64,000 bases of DNA. Source: Adineta vaga. Its lineage: Eukaryota; Animalia; Rotifera. Shown one piece after another: positions 11,876 to 24,349 of the stretch (position 1 is its first letter; each line of letters starts with the position of its first letter). The stretch is from NCBI GenBank assembly GCA_021613535.1, contig CP075492.1, positions 14,183,769 through 14,247,768 on the forward strand, written 5' to 3'. The position numbers were made by a program, and so were the translations under genes. The notes under the pieces were generated by a model that searched no databases, was not told where the DNA came from, and saw only the letters and a list, made by a program, of their open reading frames with translations.

Positions 11876-13400
11876 ATGACTCAAAGAAGAATTCTTTTTT
11901 TATTTATCTTTATTCTTATCAAACAATCAATTTTACAAGATATGAATTCATTTCGAATGTCTCTTTTGTATAATTCTCAATTTCAATGTAGTAATACAAC
12001 TTGTTTTCCATTTCATACGAAAATTGTATCAAAAATTCGTATGTGTCAAATTGAATGTTTACAGCAGAAACAATGTAAAGCAGCGAGTTTTGATCGAACA
12101 ACTTTTCATTGTCAATTGTTTGCTAATTTATTCAATGAAAATAGTACGATGTTAAATGACAACAACATTGATAGTATGTTTCTTATATCTCAAACAAGAT
12201 CTCCACCTGGTATGTATTAATATGTTTAAAAAATGATCTTTGAATATACATTAGACAAAAGAGTGCATAAGATTTCGATTCGGACAATTGTTTTGAAATG
12301 TATATAAAAACTAATTCGATATATTAAAAATAATCAGCGCGAGATTATTATAACCATTCTTAGTTTGTTACCATCTCATAGACTTTAACTCATTTCTTTC
12401 TTTGTTATCTTATACGCAGCAACTATTTTAAAGTATTGTTTATGTAAACTATTATTTTCCTCTGTGTTCTATGTACGCAAGTTTTATTTTCTAGTTATAA
12501 AATCTTTTCATCTTTTTTCCCTAAAATTTTTCATAGGAGAAAAGGAAACTTTGATATAAACAGAACGAACAGTTCATATATGACCAATAACGATATAACT
12601 ATTGATAAGAATCATTCTATGAAAATGAAAAGTGTAATCGAGTTTGTAATTTATTGTAATAAATATTGTACCATATAGCTTACATAAAAGCAATACTGTA
12701 TGACACAATTATACATGGATAGAAGTTCGATTCTAAGATAAAAATCAACATTTTTTCTTGAAATAGACCAGAAGAATAATTCAGAATATTTTTATTTTAA
12801 AGATCTATTGGATTAGAAGTGTTATACATTTTAAATTACTTATCTACGATTCAAAACTGAAGTTGTATCTTTAGTTTACTACAAAATATATTAATTAAAT
12901 TGTTTTTAAGTCAATATGCAGTAGATGTGTAAATGATTTAAACTTAGTATATTTCTTCGATTTTCTTATAAAAAGCGTGTCTAATTATCATATCTCTTTT
13001 AGCTCCATCACTATCGAGTATTTGTGTGTGGAATACACTCGATGCATCTCTTTATAATAACCAGTTTATCTATTCACCAACATCACAAATCTATGCCGCT
13101 GGTATGTTAAATAATCAATTTGGTATCTATAAAGCATATGGATACGGAAATGTTACTACACAAACAATATGGAAAGCACCTCAAAGTTCAACGGCAAATG
13201 AGTGTTATTTTTCGCTTCAAGTTGATCGTAATTTAGTTGTTTATACAGTAGTATCAAAAAGTGTAATGTGGACAGCTGCTGTTTACAATAGCGGTGAAGG
13301 AAAGCCATTCTGCTTGCAAATGTTCGATTCTGGAAATCTAGTATTGATTGATAATACTACTACTATTTTTTGGCAAACAAATACTGCAACAATTGGATAG
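11876..13400 (+). CDS. PAN/apple-like + bulb-type (B-) mannose-binding-type lectin, copy B; join(11876..12209,13003..13400) with a 793-nt intron
   Basis: Exon 1 has a signal peptide plus a 6-Cys PAN-like domain (CSNTTC...CQIEC...CKAASFD...CQLF). Donor CCTG|GTATGT at 12210 is phase 1. Acceptor TCTTTTAG| at 13002. Exon 2 has the B-lectin motif 'QVDRNLVVY' and 'CLQMFDSGNLVL'. The splice gives G+CT=Ala, matching copy A. Confidence 0.6.
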
Positions 13401-13685
13401 TTTTTTTGTTCGTATTACTTCAGATATAAACAGCCGAAGAAAACCTCCTTATCTTATGTATAAAACATAATTTCCGAGAATTGATATACTTTTTAACACC
13501 ATATTTTTGTAAGTTTACGGTGAAAGCTATGCGATGCGCAACCGATATCTTAATAGAAAAATGAGGGTGACGAAATAAGTCTTCATTGCATCATTCGGAA
13601 TGTCGCATTTTGTGAAATTACACAGCTATTGCATGGATCGAAAAGAATGAAATTCAGAGAACCTATGAGTTTTGTTGATTAAAAA

Positions 13686-13757
13686 AAGGGACACCCGGAC
13701 TTGAACCGGGAACCTCTCGATTTGCAGTCGATTGCCGTACCATTGAGCCATGTCCCC
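13686..13757 (-). tRNA. tRNA-Cys (anticodon GCA), second copy
   Basis: Reverse complement GGGGACATGGCTCAATGGTACGGCAATCGACTGCAAATCGAGAGGTTCCCGGTTCAAGTCCGGGTGTCCCT. Anticodon loop CTGCAAA. Followed by T7 (plus-strand A7 at 13681-13687). Confidence 0.85.
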
Positions 13758-13821
13758 TGGTATAATTAATCGGTCTTTAATGAGCGGCAAATGTAGCTTT
13801 CATTTTACAAATTTGTAATAT

Positions 13822-14220
13822 CTATGATTTGATTCGAGATGGCATTACTTTCAGCATAAACAATTGACTTTTGTTCAATTTCTCATTTTTTTTGCTGTAT
13901 AACATCAGTACAATGACATCAGAATGAATACCAAGAACTGGGACCTCTGTTCTCAACCATTTTACAAGTTCAAAGTCGATGCTTTTATCCACAACAATGA
14001 CACCATGTGCTTTGTTTAGAAAAGAAAAAAATGTCGATGCGTCACACTTGTATCGTACAGAAAGAAAGAAATAACGCACGTGCGTGCTTAAAAATACTTT
14101 TCGTTCGATTCGTCTTGTTGACTTATGTATAGTCAGTATTTCTTTGCCGTGAAAAATATCACACAGGCCATCCGTTAAATCTTTATAAAGATTCGAATAA
14201 CTTGATATTGAAATGAACAA
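13822..14220 (-). CDS. Hypothetical ORF (132 aa), no recognised domain; possibly part of a larger spliced gene
   Basis: Open reading frame only; contains '...KAHGVIVVDKSIDFELVKWLRTEVPVLGIHSDV'. Confidence 0.2.
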   Translation of the reverse strand: MFISISSYSNLYKDLTDGLCDIFHGKEILTIHKSTRRIERKVFLSTHVRYFFLSVRYKCDASTFFSFLNKAHGVIVVDKSIDFELVKWLRTEVPVLGIHSDVIVLMLYSKKNEKLNKSQLFMLKVMPSRIKS

Positions 14221-14413
14221 GTATGAATATAGATGTCATTAGAAATTATAGTATGTTGAGAATAATGTTTTTCTTATCGTTTATTAGTCGAGAAAGATAA
14301 ACGAAAATGCGCAGAGCCTTTCTATATTACAGATATCGTTGAAATGATACACATTGAAAAATTTGGTTGTTTTTTTTTGCATTTAGATTATTTCATCTGG
14401 AATATACATTTCA

Positions 14414-15424
14414 ATGTCATCCGATATTGGAATATTACGTACACCTGATTCATCATTTCTCAATCTATTAGATTATTCTTTTCAACCGAATTATATTGAA
14501 TTATCTAATCCGGGTTCGATTGGTAATGGTAAAACAAAATTACGTTTACATTATTTAGATGAAGGAAATAAAAATAGTCCGGAAACAATACTATTATTAC
14601 ATGGTGAACCCAGTTGGAGTTATTTATATCGTCATTTTATACCATCATTGAAACAATATCGAGTTATTGCAGTTGATTTGATCGGATTTGGAAAATCGGA
14701 TAAACCAGTGAATAAAACTGATTATACATATCAAAGACACGTTAACTGGATACGAGAATTTATTGAAAAACTGAATTTAAACAACATAACATTATTTTGT
14801 CAGGTAAAATGTTCTATAGAGAAAGAAATGTGGTAATTGAAAATATTTAATATGTAGGATTGGGGTTCTTTGATTGGTCTACAATTAGTTGGTACACAGG
14901 AAATAGGTGATCGTTTTGCACGAGTAGCTGTTGCTAATGGTGGATTACCTACGGGTGATGGAAAGATTTCTAAAGGTTTTACTCAATGGCTTAATTTTGC
15001 ATCACAACAAACAGAAATGGATGTTGGTAATGTTATTAAACTTGGAGTTGTCCGAGATATGAAAGAGGAAGAAATGGATGCATATAATGCTCCTTTTCCA
15101 AATGAAAAATATCAAGCTGGTGCTTTAGTATTTCCATTATTAGTACCAATCACTCCTGACAATCCATCGTCGGAATATAATCGTCAAGCTTGGCAAAATT
15201 TGAAGAATTTCAATCGACCATTTCTTACTCTTTTTTCTGATTCTGATCCGATTACAGCAGGTCTTGATAAAATCTTACAATCCATGGTGCCAGGTGCTAG
15301 AAATCAAGCACATACAACGATTACTCAAGGTGGACATTTCTTACAAGAAGATAAACCATATGAAATCGTTGAAAATCTAATTAAATTCATTAAAGCTAAT
15401 CCTTTGATATCTGCACGATTATAG
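14414..15424 (+). CDS. Haloalkane dehalogenase, HLD-I / DhlA-type (alpha/beta hydrolase); join(14414..14803,14858..15424), 318 aa
   Basis: Aligns along its length with Xanthobacter DhlA. 'LHGEPSWSYLYR' matches DhlA 'LHGEPTWSYLYR'. Nucleophile elbow 'FCQDWGS' matches 'VVQDWGG'. Second halide-binding Trp is in 'FTQWLNF'. 'AYNAPFPNEKYQAG' matches 'AYAAPFPDTSYQAG'. Catalytic His is in 'GGHFLQED'. A 54-nt intron (GTAAAAT...TGTAG, phase 0) sits between Q and D of the nucleophile elbow. Confidence 0.85.
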
Positions 15425-15723
15425 TTCTAAAAATACTTTAATAAATACAAAACATATTTTCTATGTTTTAATTGACTCTACATCTTATGTAACTAACAGG
15501 ACAGGTTATCATCACAAGTAAGTTTTATTTATCACGACAAATATTGTCCTTGATCTTATAATAGAAGGAAAGTTGTTACGTGATATCATTCCTTTTTTGA
15601 AAGGTATTTGCTCTCCATAAAAAGAAAAAGAACAGGTGAAATTTGTTCTCTTATGTAACACAGCCACAATATCAGTATATATACTCATAGATTTTAAAGA
15701 GAAGACATATTCTTGAAACAAAA

Positions 15724-17834
15724 ATGAGCAGCCAAATTTCACCAACGGATATCGAAAATGGTTCAGTATTGACACAATCCACGGGTAGCAATGATGGACA
15801 TAGTCATGGTTCTGTCATAAGTTTTCATTCGATTAATTATACTCTTCCTCTGCCAAAATTTTGTAATTGTATTCCAATACCATGTTTAAAGAAAAAGCAA
15901 CAACAAATTCTGTTTGATATATCAGGTGTTTTTAAACCTGGTATGAATGCTATCCTTGGACCAACAGGAAGTGGTAAATCTTCATTATTGGATATCCTTG
16001 CTGATAGAAAAGATCGTGAAGGTCTCGAAGGTCAAGTACTCATGGATGGACAAGTGCAAACAGTAGATTTTAAATATCGTGTTGGTTATGTTGTTCAAGA
16101 TGATATTATTAGTGGAAATTTAACTGTTAGAGAAAATTTACTTTTCTCAGCTAATACTCGATTATCTGGAAAAGTTTCATCAAGAGATAAACTAACAATA
16201 GTTAATGAAGTTATCGAACAATTAGGTTTAGAAAAATGTGCTGATAGAAAGGTTGGCACTGAATTAAAGCGAGGAATTTCAGGTGGTGAACGAAGACGAA
16301 CGAATATTGGTATGGAATTAGTTCTGTCTCCTCGAGTACTTTTCTTAGACGAACCAACTACAGGTAAATCATATAATATAAATGAAATATTATTCAATCA
16401 TAATTTATGTGTACAGGATTGGATTCATCAACAGCTCGAAATGTAATGAAATACTTGCATCAGTTGTCGAGAAAAGGCCGTATGTTTTTCTATTATATAC
16501 TAATTTTAGTATGATCTACTTTTTAATGAGATGTAGGTACTATCATCTTTTCAATTCATCAACCACGTTATTCAATTTTTAAATTATTTGATACTCTTTT
16601 TCTCGTCGCTGCTGGCCGTTGTATTTATCAGGGACCAAGTAAAGTTGTTCTTTCGTATTTCGAATCCATTGGATTTCAATGTGAAGAACATAATAATCCT
16701 GCGGATTTTCTTCTGGATGTTTCTCAAGGTGATTACCTTCCCACATCTCCATCATTCAATGTTCTTGATGAAAACGATTCAGATCAACAACAAGATCAAG
16801 TTGTCAATTACCTCCATGGTGCTTACGAAAAATCAACATTGTTTACTATGATTAAACAAGAGGTAACTGATTTAAGTTCTTCGTTAAATCGTATAAGTCC
16901 AACAATGCATGAAACAACTAAATTACCAAAAAAATCTCGTTTATCCGAAACATTCTATGTTGCACAGCGAACACTTCGAAATGCTTTTCGTAATCCAGCA
17001 TTGATCGGTATGCAAACTGGTGTATCGATCTTTTTAGGTATACTTATCGGTTTGATTTACATTCGAATGGATCATTCGATAGATACAGGTGTAAAGAATC
17101 GTCTTGGTGCAATCTTTTTCATTGTTACAAATCAAGTATTTGGTAGTCTTTCAGCACTTGATCTTTTCATTAAAGAACGTCCTTTATTTCAACATGAAAA
17201 TGTCAGTGGTTATTATCATGTTTCAACCTATTTCATCGCAAAAATTCTCTGTGATATCATTCCATTACGAACTATTCCATCGATTTTGTTCTCATCGATT
17301 GCATATTTTATGATTGGATTTCAACGAACAGCAGCAAAATTCTTTATTTTCTTCTTTGGAATCTACATTACATCACTTTGTGCTTCATCATTTTGTTTTT
17401 TTGTATCGGCAAGTGTACGAGTCTACGGTAAGAAAATACTTTTATTAAAATTCACGCTCATTCGTTTATTTATCATTGTTGTAGCTATTGCAAATTTACT
17501 CGCTGCAATGTATTGTGTTTTAACATTGATATTCAGTGGATTCCTTGTAGAAGTTACATCCGTTACAGCCTTTCTTTCATGGATTAAATGGATAAGTATT
17601 TTTCGATATTCAAATAATTTATTTGCTATTAATGAATTTACAAATTTGAAACTTTGTTTACCAAATGATACAAATACATGTGAAATCGATGGATTAGAAA
17701 TCTTAAAACAACAAAATATTGATGCATCATCCGATTGGGATCTATGGAAGAATTTTGTTGCATTAGGTGGTATTATGTTATGTTTTCTTACACTAGCTTA
17801 TATTCAACTATTTCGAATGAAAAAAACCAAATAA
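15724..17834 (+). CDS. ABC transporter G-family half-transporter (ABCG2/White-like); join(15724..16363,16417..16479,16537..17427,17485..17834), about 647 aa
   Basis: Walker A 'GPTGSGKSS', signature 'ISGGERRR', Walker B 'LFLDEPTTGLDS' (split by a 53-nt intron), 'GRTIIFSIHQPR' (split by a 57-nt intron), and a C-terminal 6-TM domain '...LIFSGFLV...' (57-nt intron). All four splice phases were checked by hand. Confidence 0.8.
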
Positions 17835-17949
17835 ATTTATTTATTTTTTGAATCGATTATTTATAAATAAAGATAAAAATTAGTTGAAGACAGAAAAGTT
17901 AAATGGAAACTTTTTCATAGTAAAGTGATCGATTATATATACTGATGGA

Positions 17950-18740
17950 TTACTACTAAATTGTTTTGTGAAATCATTCAGCCGATGAAAATAACGTTCT
18001 GCAACTCGAAAACTTAGGCACCGTAGATTTGAGAGATAACTTTTCACGAATGTAATATTCTCCTAGTGTATATGGCATATTTGATAAGTCAAGACGTTGC
18101 AGACGAGTTATTCTTTGTAATACATTTGTGCTTAGAATGATATTACTAGGCGAATTGATCTCGATGCTGAGATATATGAGATTAGGCATCGATTGTAAAA
18201 AAAAACATCAGAGCATACCAATCACAGTACATACCTGTAACAGTGGATAGTGTAAAAACGACTTCGTGCCATTTAGGAAACAATACTTATTTGTTCAGTT
18301 TAAACGATATAGATTCTCGATTTGAATATCAGCCAATGATAGAAGACCATTTTGTATATGATATCAAGGAATCCGTCAAGCCACTACAGTGTAAATAAAG
18401 TGAACGAAGTTGTTTGAAGAAGAAGATGTTAATTTGACCAGGTGCGGCACGTTCAGAAAATGTTAACCGTGTTATTATGTGTTGACAATTGGGAAGATGT
18501 TGAATACAAAGACGAAAATCATTTAATCAACAAGCAATAAAGTTAAAATAAAGTTGTTGACTTTGATAGACGAATGCATCAAAACGTTTGTTTAGTCGCC
18601 GATGAAGAAAAGCAAGGAGGAAATCGATCCCATCGATATAGTTCTCGAAAAGATCGAGTCAGATTTCATTAGGAAGCGATTCAAACTTTGAAAGTATGAC
18701 ATCTGTTATGTTTCTGGTGTATTGTCACATGTTGTAGATA
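17950..18740. repeat. Dispersed repeat, copy 1 (about 93-95% identical to 25690..26800). It lacks about 365 bp present in copy 2
   Basis: Direct comparison of the two segments ('gtgaaatcattcagccgatgaaaataacgttctgcaactcgaaaac...' and '...catcgattgtaaaaaaacatcagagcataccaatcacagtacatacctgtaacagtgg...'). Confidence 0.7.
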
Positions 18741-19491
18741 TCTTAGAGAATGTAATTCGTATGTTTATTGCTTTTTTTCTCTGTAGTTAAGTAAGCTAAT
18801 ATATATTTATATCAGTATATCATATGAAAATAAAAATGACAATGACTGATTGTATAAATCATTCTCAAGACATTTTCAACATTAGTTTTCGTTGTTTGTC
18901 ACAGATTTTCTCACGATACAACGTTCCAAATCATATCGTAATGCGCCGCCAGACTGCAGCTGTTCTGTAGAAAAGGTTTCATGATGAGGGTGTGAGTGGG
19001 TGTGGGTGATGTGGTAGTCAGTGATTCGATTATAGTTTAAGACTTTTCAACTATCCAATAGTCGTTCGGCTTTAAAAACTAATTTCCTCTCTTTAAATCA
19101 CAAGCTGAGTCACATTTCAAGTTAAACTTGTATGTAATGGTTACAAACTCCACCAATTTTATTAATTAACACCGCTAAATACATATCATATTCTCTTTAT
19201 CATTTTAAGGACTGATAAGCATGAATATAAAAAGACACACTTAGAGATATAGTTGAAGGTACGCAATTTCATACTAAAGAAGTCGGTATTTGAGTTTATT
19301 CATTTTCGATTAAAAATCAAATACAAAATAAAAACGTTTTCTTTTCAATATATTTATGTTATAAAAGATTGATTGAATCGAATAATCAATGCTGCCGAAC
19401 GTTCTCGAACTTCAATTGTACAACGTTCAATAAGTAAAAATAATTCTCTACGAAACATTCGCGATGTTAATGAATAAACAATAAATGATAT

Positions 19492-20507
19492 CTACAAACA
19501 AAAATTACTTTTACTTAATTTTATAGCAAAATCTCTTACAGCTGCATTGATATATTGTAAGAGAGTACACATTTGATAGATATAATTTTCGATAAATATT
19601 CGAAATGAAGATTTTCGTTCATATTGTGTTAAACCATTATAACACAAATAAATTGTAATAGGTAATGTTAATATAATTGTAACGAATAATTGTATGAGTA
19701 GCATTCGAAAAAGAATCCATTCTTCTCTTTTTCTTCTTTGAAAACTATGTATTATATTCACATGAATTCGATTACGAACGGATTTTATATTTCGAAGTGT
19801 TAAGAAACCGAATAGAATCATGAAGAATGGTATTGATAAACCGTTGATGAATATTGAATAAAAACTCAAAAATGTTGAATACGAACCAGGTTGATTCGAA
19901 CAAATACGTTCAGTAGAATTTGATGAGACTTGAATATCATAAAAGATTATATTATGAATACATATGATCATCCAAAATACACAATTGATGAATATCATTT
20001 TCCATGTTACAGGACGACGTAAAAACCAGTGTTGATTTGTTTTACTCATCAAATATCTATAAATACATGTTTTATTTCAATGATCGATCTGTACTGAAAA
20101 AAAAAAAGAAACGAAAAATCTTCATACCTATCAATAGTAGCTAATACCATATACGATCGAGGTAACATTAATAGAAAACCAACAGCAAAGAATCGTAATT
20201 TACAAAACCATGACCATTGTGCTGATGGATCAAAATTAAAACCAATTTGAAGAAGTCTTAATAGAGATACGGTATTTAGATAAAGTCCGTAACCAATTGA
20301 TGCAAATATTAAATAAAGTGAGCAAGCACTTGAACGAAGTTTAGTGCTACGAGAAAAAACGATGACATTTAAAATTGAACCCAAATTACCAATTAAAATT
20401 ATTAGAGGAATGGAAATAAGAAACAGAGTTTTTTGAAAGTTGATCAAGTCATCTCTACTCCACATTGTTAAGTAAATGATAGAAAAAAACACAAGGATCG
20501 TCTTCAT
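19492..20507 (-). CDS. Rhodopsin-like (class A) 7TM receptor; complement(join(19492..20056,20128..20507)), about 314 aa
   Basis: TM1-3 with 'LATIDRY' (E/DRY) at the exon boundary. A 71-nt intron (GTATGA...TATTTATAG, phase 2) gives AG+A=Arg of DRY. Exon 2 has TM4-7. Confidence 0.65.
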
Positions 20508-20950
20508 TTAATATACTCAACTTACGTGAAGCATCCAGAGAAGTCTATGAAATACTAAACGATTTTAATTATAAGATATCGAATGGTTCAAAGACGTAAT
20601 TATGGACACGAGCTTCTGTTACCTTAAGATGTAAATGAAATCTTTGAGTTCTGTTTTATGAAAAAAGAGCGTTTTGGGAATTCCTAAATCATCATCTTCA
20701 TACCACGATACGAGATACCTTTTGACGAGTCTGACAATTCAAACTTATTGAAAACTAGATCACTATATAAAACGGTGTTTTCAAAGTGTAACGACGAATT
20801 AAATGTATAGGATTTTGTTTTTCGAATGCATTTTCGCCGGAAATCAAATAGAATGGATTTTATCATTATAAACTGTGAGAATAAATGGCACTGTAGATAT
20901 ATTTCACCTTATAATAAAAGATCTTGCATCGTTTATTCCCACTAGTCAAA

Positions 20951-21463
20951 CTAGGTTACAATTCTCACAAAAGTCATCTTCCTGATAGGTGTCCTATTAT
21001 ACAGAATGTACTTTTGTTTCTGGCGATTTCGGTAGAAAAAAGAAGCAATATTGGAAGGGCGTGGAATAGATACTGTCTGGTTGATGCGTAAATTATGACT
21101 AACTGGTGCGTTAGAAGGAATCGTATCATCATATATTTGACCAACACTGTTGTTGACCATTTGAAATGGATCAAAACCATGTTCCTTCAAAAGTGATTCC
21201 ATCATTGCTGCAGGAACTGTAATTCGTAGTTAGTATATAATTCTTGATCAAGTATTACTTCAGTATAGCGTCTTTCATGACATTCTCTTTAAACCACGAA
21301 AGGCATAAGTGAATGTAGTACAATTAGAACATAATGCATGTACTGGTGTTGACCATGATATAAGATCTCGATCAAGAAGACATCCTACTGCAAGATACAA
21401 TGAGAGGTGATGTGTGTCCTTGTCGATGAAATCCAGCTGCTCATTAACCGATAATTTCACCAT
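20951..21463 (-). CDS. Hypothetical protein, probable 2 exons (weak GTTTAA donor); no recognised domain
   Basis: Two minus-strand ORFs can be joined in phase 1 across an approximately 71-nt interval ending in TTACAG. Confidence 0.25.
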
Positions 21464-23382
21464 TTTTCAGTGTTAAGCCAGGCATATGAAATTGTAAATG
21501 TATACGTTCCAAAACAGTGTTCAGATTGTTCCTAAATATTTCTTTTTAACAGCAAATGAAAAATACTGGCATATATATATTACTATGGTTCATAATAAAG
21601 TCACATTTCATATATTTCATACTTTCTATTGATCAACTAGACGTAGAGAGTGAACTGGTACATGTACTGATACTGCTGAAAGCGTACTGCGTAGTCAAAC
21701 ATTTTGAAGTAAAAAGTTTTTACGCAAATATCGCACATATTCATTGAAATGAATGAAACATTTTATTCATAATTGTCTTGGGATATAACTATATCATATA
21801 CTAATCTATAAGCATCATTATTGAAAAGATTTCTAATATGGTTTCAAAAGAGAGAAATATGCTGAAAAATCTTTTGTTATAACTATAGAAAATGAACAGA
21901 TATACACGTGGAAATATTGCGAAAAGAAGGCTTCGATCAAGCTCTCACTATCATCCACAATTTATTTGAAATTTACTTATCAAACATAATAAAAGCTGTG
22001 AAATTTACAATACAAAGAGAAAGAAAAATGGAAAAATAATTATTTTATTGTCCGATTTTCGATAAAGAATACACGAAATCCATTTGTTACTTGTGTGTAA
22101 ATGATGGATTTTGTTGAGGATTGATGTTTATTGTGACTTTCTCATCTTGTGTTACCGAACAAGGTGGATAATTTATAGAAGAAATTGTTGTTCGAATTAT
22201 ATTTAAAACCGATAATTTCGATTTTGATTGGCGTGGTAATGCATTTGGATTGTGTGACAATGATTGTTTTTCAGTTGAAGACAATGTATTCGATATTTCT
22301 GATTGATAGTCGGATGGAAAATACCAACTAACAAACATTTCTTCGAACGTTACGTTTAATCTAAAAGACATAAAACATATTTTAATAGCCATATTTATTC
22401 GTAAGAGAAAGGAAACAAATAATCATCGTAAAAAAAAGTACATGTATAATACTTCAATAAGACATATATATACATATACATCGCCTTTTGCGTCTCTCCC
22501 ACTTGGAATGTGATATGAAAGGGAGTATAGACAAGAAACGAAATAGAATAAGGACGTGAGAGGAGGAGCAAACCATAAATACGTGAAATATTATAATCAA
22601 TGCCTACGATAATAGTGTATTCATTTGTTAGTTTACATTGCTGAATAGTTAATAAATCAGCAAATATGATTAGAATATTTACGTGATAAAACAAACGAAA
22701 TTTATGAGAATGTGTGTACGTCTAAGAAACTAAAATAGAAAAATATTGACATAAAAATCAAATCTTTAAACAGATGAAAATGTTTGTTGTAACTTAGAAA
22801 CAATAATTTATCACACGACAACATATGTATATAAAATGATTATATTAACTCGACAAAATTTTTTGGAGAAAATGTACAAAGAAAATATCAGATTTTAATG
22901 TGACATTACGTCACCTTAGAAACAGGGTAAAGTGCTTCTGTTGAGAAAAGAAAAAAAGTAGATATCTTTTGATTTTTCGCTGCTTTATTTTAATATTCAA
23001 AAACATATTTTTCTCGATTAAAATTAGTCATAGAATATCATACAACTTCAGCAGCAAGACTGGTCTTAAAATCAACGAACGTTTCGATAGAATGCCTTCT
23101 ATATATTCCAATATTATAAAAACAGCTGCAATATTAAATTTTTTCGTTCTATCATCAGATCATTATCGTTATTGTTTATCGTACTTTTCTTAATGTTCGT
23201 TATCGATATCATGAGTACAATGATCATTTTGAATCTTGAGGGTGCGTGAGTGAAGGTCTGAGTGTGATGATGATGAGGATGGATAGAGACACTGACTTGC
23301 ACTCATTTACATCCACCATTTTTTGTATGAGCATTTATTTACAAACATATATAAAACAACATCCAAACCAGTTTTCGTTCAA

Positions 23383-24349
23383 TTAACTAATTGTTTTCAG
23401 TGGGCAAACTGTTTGTCTATTAGATATGGGAATTGGTACTACTTGATTTATTCTTCCCGTTCCTCTTGTATTTATTGGTCGCCCAGTTAATTTAGCAAAA
23501 AGAATTTCTTTCACTTGTTTGTTTGTAACGAACAGAAATATTGAATGAACTGCAGCAGTAAACGGAAATGATAAAACTTGAATTGAATAGAATGGCCATG
23601 GTGCGTAATTAATACGATTCATTATTAAACAAAACAGATATGAAATACCAGCAATGCCGTAGAGATTAAACGTAAAAATAATATTTTGAAAAATCCTTTT
23701 GTTCCTTCGAGCTTTTAATGTACTTTGACTGTTTGGATTGATACGAGTTTGATAAATTGTATAACGAAGAACAATTCCGTACAGAATCATTAGTATTAAC
23801 AGTGATACCAATGCAAAAAGAACACTAACTGAAATTGCTGTTGGAAAATGGTGTGCTGTTAACATACAATAAAGAGATTCTGGATCATATTGATAAGCAT
23901 AGGGTGATATGAACATTCCAACTGCAATGATAACATTGATTAACCAACTGATGATGATTATCATCCACGTTGTACGAAAAGTTAAAAGAGATTTACGTTG
24001 ATAAAGAACTGATGAAAAAGCGAGTTATTGCTTGAACTATACACGAATGTGCCACTACTCCAGTACTCAATATTGTTAAACAAGCACTAATTTGACAAAA
24101 TAGTGCACTCGATGGTAACCCATCGAAATAAATTTGTTGAATAACTGAAGGTGTTTGAATGGAATAAGTGATTGCACAGAAAAATAATGCAAAACATGAA
24201 TTACATATCAGAAGATTAACAATAGATCGACAATGAGAATGCCAGTAACGAAGAATGACAAATAATACAGTTGATGTACATAATATAATTATAAACCAAA
24301 ATATTAGAAACAGAACATTCATTATTTCATGAAAACGTTTATTTTCCAT
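23383..24349 (-). CDS. Rhodopsin-like 7TM receptor, paralog of 19492..20507; complement(join(23383..23947,23997..24349)), about 305 aa
   Basis: Seven hydrophobic segments, with 'CIVQAITRFF' at the TM3 end. A 49-nt intron (GTAAAT...CATCAG, phase 2) is at the same relative position as in the paralog. Exon 2 is exactly 565 nt in both genes. Confidence 0.6.

Noticed and set aside
16095-16397. 100-aa ORF antisense to ABCG exon 1. Similar antisense or overlapping ORFs occur at 27889-28101 (AKR), 38791-39192 (beta-helix), 41441-41845 and 41053-41325 (CXC gene), 44562-44774, 54221-54409, 55319-55804 and 60995-61219
   Set aside because: Each lies entirely inside, and antisense to or out of frame with, a much longer ORF carrying clear conserved domains. 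They have low-complexity composition and are most likely chance ORFs.
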